This document shows positions 59,751 through 64,000 of a DNA stretch of 64,000 nt, in pieces. The position numbers and the translations under genes are program-made. Source of the DNA: a candidate division FCPU426 bacterium (lineage in GTDB: Bacteria > Oederibacteriota > Muellerivitia > Muellerivitales > Muellerivitaceae); contig CAVYSE010000026.1 in assembly GCA_963771075.1 (NCBI GenBank), positions 32,001 through 96,000 on the forward strand, written 5' to 3'. Under the pieces are notes generated by a model. That model saw only the letters and a list, made by a program, of their open reading frames with translations. It ran no database searches and had not been told where the DNA came from. Position 1 is the stretch's first letter. Every line of letters starts with the position of its first letter.

Positions 59751-60521
59751 TTGGCGGAGAACGGATTGAAACTTAAGTTTGTGTTGCTGGGGATCATGTT
59801 CGCGATCGGTTCGACTATTCCCTTGTTTTATTTTGGATGTGGGGTCCAGAACCCCAACGAGCCCAACTGGGGATATCCGACCTCCACTCCGATCCTTCCT
59901 CCCGCGAATACCGCCACTCCTAATCCGTCCGTCACCCCCGTGCCTACCCTGCCTGGATCCATTTTCAATTCGGGCGCCTCTGTTTTGCCCTGGTCGATCA
60001 ATACGGGCAGTTCCACGGAGGGGAACACCTCGGGGACTGCCATGGGATTTAATTCCTCCTTCAGCGGCTGCTCGACTTTCACCGGGGCCATGGAGATCAC
60101 GATCGGGTTCACGGGTCCCCAACAGGCGGTTTATGTCCAAGACACGCTGTCTTCGGTGGTCAATCTCAGCGGGCTTTCGATCAAGGCAATCCTGGAAGTG
60201 AACGGCGGCTGGAACGGCGATTCGGAACAGGTCTATGGCGCCATTTTCATTCAAGAAAACGTCAGCCCCTATGCCGCCATCTATCAAAACGGGACGGCTT
60301 TTTGCAGCTCCTCCTGTCCCGCCAACAGTTCGGGTTGCGTGACCCTAACTTTGACCATCCCTTCATCCACGACCGCGGTCGGAAGCTACTCGGGTTATAA
60401 CGTTTACAACGGTCCCTATGACCCCACCCAAACGCAGATCGTAGGGCTGCAACTTGGGACCGGCAACAGCGGTACGGGCTTTTCTTCGACAATCATCGAT
60501 GTTCAAAGTTGGCTCTATTAA
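59751..60521 (+). CDS. Lipoprotein with Pro/Thr linker and CBM-like beta-sandwich
   Basis: Lipobox-like YFGC; YDPTQTQIVGLQLG; ends IIDVQSWLY. Confidence 0.6.
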   Translation: MAENGLKLKFVLLGIMFAIGSTIPLFYFGCGVQNPNEPNWGYPTSTPILPPANTATPNPSVTPVPTLPGSIFNSGASVLPWSINTGSSTEGNTSGTAMGFNSSFSGCSTFTGAMEITIGFTGPQQAVYVQDTLSSVVNLSGLSIKAILEVNGGWNGDSEQVYGAIFIQENVSPYAAIYQNGTAFCSSSCPANSSGCVTLTLTIPSSTTAVGSYSGYNVYNGPYDPTQTQIVGLQLGTGNSGTGFSSTIIDVQSWLY

Positions 60522-60539
60522 ATTTGGCTTAAGGTTTAC

Positions 60540-63500
60540 ATGAAATTGAAATACCAAATCCTGGGGGCGGTGTTTTACGCCGCCTTTTTTGTTGTGAGTC
60601 AGGTCCATGCGCTTCCGGGCGGGACATTCGTTTGGGAGGATTTCGAATTAGGGACCTCCTACTGGGGGACCCAGTTCGAGACCAACGCCATGGAAGATGG
60701 GGTTATATCACCTGATTTTCCAACGAGCGGTAAATCGTGTTTCCGGGGCCATTTTCAACTCGGCCCAGGGGGAGGGCGGATCGCCTTTTCCACCGCCCAA
60801 GCGGGAGACTTGACGGGCACGACCGCCCTCACCGCGGATTTTTACAATTCATCACCCCTCACCTTTACCGGCTCAGTCATCCTCAAACAGGGTCCTTCCT
60901 GGAATTGGCTCAAGTCTGCCGAAGTGGCGATAGCGCCCGGGTGGAACCGGAATATTTCGTTCGACCTTTCCACCCTGAACCCCAAGAGCGATCTTAAACA
61001 AGCGGCCTTTGTTTTTGAAACGAAACAGGAAGGCGAAGGTTATTTCTATATGGATAACCTTCGGTTGACAGGCGCTGACCCGGATAAGGTCATACGTCTT
61101 ACCCCCGAAGACCTGGCCACGGGGACGCCTGTTTTGGTGACGGGGTTTGAGGATACGAACAATCCATTCGCGCCCGATAAGGATTGGTCCTCGGCGACTG
61201 ACGCGGAGGTGCGTCCGGTTCAAACCACCGAGGGAAAGCAAGCCGTCTTTTTCGATTTCGAGAACAAATCACCGGATGACCGCGCCACCTTTGTGCTGGA
61301 ATCCGACATGGACCTGTCCCTCGCCAATGGGGTGGTGATGGATGTGTTCGTCCCCGGGGATGACCCCATGGACACATCGGTGGTATTAAATATCGGGGCG
61401 AAGTGGGATTATTACGAATCTTCCACCCAGCCCCTGAAACCCGGCTGGAACAAGGACGTGAGCATCTCCTTGAAGGCCAAGACCTTCAAATGCGCCGCGA
61501 ATAATTACACGAATACCTCCCCGGTCAAGGGCCTCAATACGATCCGCAAATTCGGTCTTTCCATCGCCTCCCATCAGATCGGGAAAGGCTACGTCGTCGT
61601 GGATAACGTGAGGCTGCTGTCGAATGACGCCCCCGCCCTGGAAAAAATCGTCCGGGACGCGGTGCCTTTTCTTCCGCCGGCTGTCGGCACCGATCACTTG
61701 CTTGAAAGTTTTGAGAAGGGGAAGACCCCGTGGCAAGCCATCGGCGGAACTTCCAAAGCCACCGAGGCTGTCATCGTCACGTCCAAAAACGCCACGGAGG
61801 GAACCCATATGTTGAAGGTTTCTTTCGCTTTTGACGGGGACGGGCAACAGGCATGGTTTGGTTTCGACCAGAACGAGAGCATGAATTTGAAAGATTCCAG
61901 CGCGGTAAAGGTGGATATCTATAACCCGCAGAAAGAAACCTTGCAGGCGGGAATGGTGTTGAAAACGGGAGACAACTACGACTGGGTTGAGGCTAATCCC
62001 GCGGAAGTCAAGCCGGGTTGGAACCGCAACGTGACCTTTTTATTGAAATCGAAGAACTTCAAGAATGCCGCAAGCGGCTGGAAAAACACCGCCTTTGCCG
62101 AACAATTGGACCAGGTCAAGAGCCTTTATATCGGCTTTTATCATAACGGACCCCTGACGGGTTCGGCCTATTTTGATAATGTCCGGGTGACCGGCACGAC
62201 CGAAGTGGCGATGGGGAAACCAACCGGTTCCCATGGCGAGGTTACGGGGCGTTCCGTCTTGTGGGACCCCCTCTACAACGCCGCGGCGGATGGGTGGGAA
62301 GCGCAAACCAGCGCGGGGAGCAATTCTTTCGCGGTGGTTTGCAATTACACCCTGTTGGAAGGAAAGAATGTAGTGGACATGCGATACCGGACCTTTGCCG
62401 AGGACCAAGCCGCCCAGTACGTAAAAAGCAAATATGTGGACTGGAGCAACGTCCTGGCGGTCCAGTTTGATTTCTTCAACCCTCAACCCTACTCCATCAC
62501 CTTCACCCTGGCGGTCCAAACGGGTCCGGAATCGGAATGGCAAGAAAGTACGGAATATTCCTTGAAGCCGGGTTGGAACCGGGCGGTCAAGGTGAATGTT
62601 TCGGAGCCCATTTTTAAATCACTCGAAACGAACTGGTCCTCGACCGATTACCTCAGAACCCGTGAGGATATAAGAACCGTTATCGTTAATGTCCATCCCC
62701 ATCACATGGGTGACGGGCACCTTTATATGACCAATTTGCGAACGATTGAAAGAGATATCGTCGGTTCGGCGACGAATTCGAAGGATGTGGGTTCGGTTAT
62801 TGGGATCACTTCCGAAACCCAATTGTCGGTTCGGACCTTGCAGTACATCCCGTTCGAGAGTTTCGAAGGAAATATGCTCCCTTGGCAACCCAGCAACAAC
62901 GCCATCCTAAGCCGGAGTAATTTATACGCCACCGATGGGACCCATTCCCTCGAGGTGGATTACCAGGCCGTCTTCGGGGCTGGCGCGAACGCGATTAGTC
63001 CCGTGATCCAGTACACCCCCTCCTCCGGGACCATGGACCTTTCCTCCTATACTCATTTTGAATTTGACGCTTACAACCCGGGCCAGCCACTACAGGTCAC
63101 GGTCCAGTTTTATACCGGCGGAACCTATAACGGCAACAGCAGTGGAGAGGACATTGAATCCCAATCCGTGACTGTCAATTGCGGGTGGAACCACAATTTG
63201 GATATCCCGCTTGTGGGGAATAATTTCAAGTCGGCCGCAAGCGCTTGGCGGTTTTGGGACACCCTGCGTAATGCCAATCAGGTTAACAAGATCTGCATGA
63301 AAATCTCAGGTTTGGCGGGATTGCCGGGTCGGGGCACCTTTTACTTGGACAATTTGCGCTGGTTGGGTTCTGGTTCCCAACAGGTGGACGGTGTGGCGGG
63401 CGAGACGATGGCGTTTAAGTTCAATCCCTCGGATCAAATCCAGCTGTTGGTGCAGGGATCAGTGATGGGGACGCAAAACAGCCAAGCCCAATTCACCCTG

Positions 63501-64000
63501 GACAAAATTCGACTGGACGTCCGGGCGGGCGGAAACGAGTTGTCCATCTTCACTGGCGACCAATTGAGTGGATCGGATGACCCGATGCAGTTAATGAGCG
63601 GGCCGTCCCTGGGGAACCAGATTTTCGGAGCGGAGGACCATTATTCCATCGGGGACGTGGGGATGCTTCAAGCTTCCGGTTTCGCTCAGTATGGAACGAC
63701 GCCCAATTCTTTGGGGAATTCAGCCGGGTATCTTTTTCGATTCAAGACGGTCTCAGTTGAGGATTGCTGGCTGGGCGCCGGCTTCTTGGATGGCCGTTAT
63801 GGGAACATGCCCGGGTCCAATCCCTTGACGTCGAACGTGGAAGCGGATATCCAAACCTATGAGGTTGATTTCAACGGTTATCTCCGAGATATCCATCTGC
63901 AGTTGTTCGGCGAAGTCGCGGAAAGCGACTATTCGGCCTATCCGGGAAGCTCCTATTTCATGTCCGATCAAAACAACCAAGCTTATGACGTGGGTTTCAG
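60540..64000 (+). CDS. Large exported protein: five tandem CBM-like domains followed by a probable outer-membrane beta-barrel; 3'-partial, absent from the ORF track
   Basis: Hand translation MKLKYQILGAVFYAAFFVVSQVHA...; in-frame (P/C)GWN motifs at 60936, 61440, 62013, 62568, 63180, each followed by a DN-x-R-like strand; same frame open at the window end. Confidence 0.8.
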   Translation, partial: MKLKYQILGAVFYAAFFVVSQVHALPGGTFVWEDFELGTSYWGTQFETNAMEDGVISPDFPTSGKSCFRGHFQLGPGGGRIAFSTAQAGDLTGTTALTADFYNSSPLTFTGSVILKQGPSWNWLKSAEVAIAPGWNRNISFDLSTLNPKSDLKQAAFVFETKQEGEGYFYMDNLRLTGADPDKVIRLTPEDLATGTPVLVTGFEDTNNPFAPDKDWSSATDAEVRPVQTTEGKQAVFFDFENKSPDDRATFVLESDMDLSLANGVVMDVFVPGDDPMDTSVVLNIGAKWDYYESSTQPLKPGWNKDVSISLKAKTFKCAANNYTNTSPVKGLNTIRKFGLSIASHQIGKGYVVVDNVRLLSNDAPALEKIVRDAVPFLPPAVGTDHLLESFEKGKTPWQAIGGTSKATEAVIVTSKNATEGTHMLKVSFAFDGDGQQAWFGFDQNESMNLKDSSAVKVDIYNPQKETLQAGMVLKTGDNYDWVEANPAEVKPGWNRNVTFLLKSKNFKNAASGWKNTAFAEQLDQVKSLYIGFYHNGPLTGSAYFDNVRVTGTTEVAMGKPTGSHGEVTGRSVLWDPLYNAAADGWEAQTSAGSNSFAVVCNYTLLEGKNVVDMRYRTFAEDQAAQYVKSKYVDWSNVLAVQFDFFNPQPYSITFTLAVQTGPESEWQESTEYSLKPGWNRAVKVNVSEPIFKSLETNWSSTDYLRTREDIRTVIVNVHPHHMGDGHLYMTNLRTIERDIVGSATNSKDVGSVIGITSETQLSVRTLQYIPFESFEGNMLPWQPSNNAILSRSNLYATDGTHSLEVDYQAVFGAGANAISPVIQYTPSSGTMDLSSYTHFEFDAYNPGQPLQVTVQFYTGGTYNGNSSGEDIESQSVTVNCGWNHNLDIPLVGNNFKSAASAWRFWDTLRNANQVNKICMKISGLAGLPGRGTFYLDNLRWLGSGSQQVDGVAGETMAFKFNPSDQIQLLVQGSVMGTQNSQAQFTLDKIRLDVRAGGNELSIFTGDQLSGSDDPMQLMSGPSLGNQIFGAEDHYSIGDVGMLQASGFAQYGTTPNSLGNSAGYLFRFKTVSVEDCWLGAGFLDGRYGNMPGSNPLTSNVEADIQTYEVDFNGYLRDIHLQLFGEVAESDYSAYPGSSYFMSDQNNQAYDVGF

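Overview
GC-rich chromosomal window from a diderm, polysaccharide-using bacterium (lineage cannot be fixed from sequence alone). From left to right: (1) a putative glucuronoxylan-utilisation locus with an outer-membrane beta-barrel, two CBM-like lipoproteins, an unclassified glycosidase-like protein, an AraC regulator, GH67 and an orphan sugar-binding protein; (2) signalling genes and a Crp/Fnr-ric nitrosative-stress cluster; (3) an operon of a FecR-domain protein, a beta-barrel and a ~4,150-aa surface lipoprotein with a Thr/Pro stalk and 14 tandem two-domain repeats; (4) an AT-richer accessory island (~41.0-49.6 kb); (5) a galactomannan locus (GH36, SBP, GH130, GH2, PGI/PMI, LacI, lipoprotein and a five-CBM/beta-barrel fusion running off the window end). 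In the island, toxin-antitoxin and other small gene modules are each followed by the same 26-bp palindrome, giving a cassette-array-like layout with no integrase in view. The island also holds a RAYT-like Y1 transposase element with ~30-bp inverted ends. An IS1111-type IS110 element sits inside one of those ends, and its bridge RNA can be read directly: its guides match the insertion target and the element's own circle junction. Three single-base frameshifts in otherwise intact genes may be sequencing errors.
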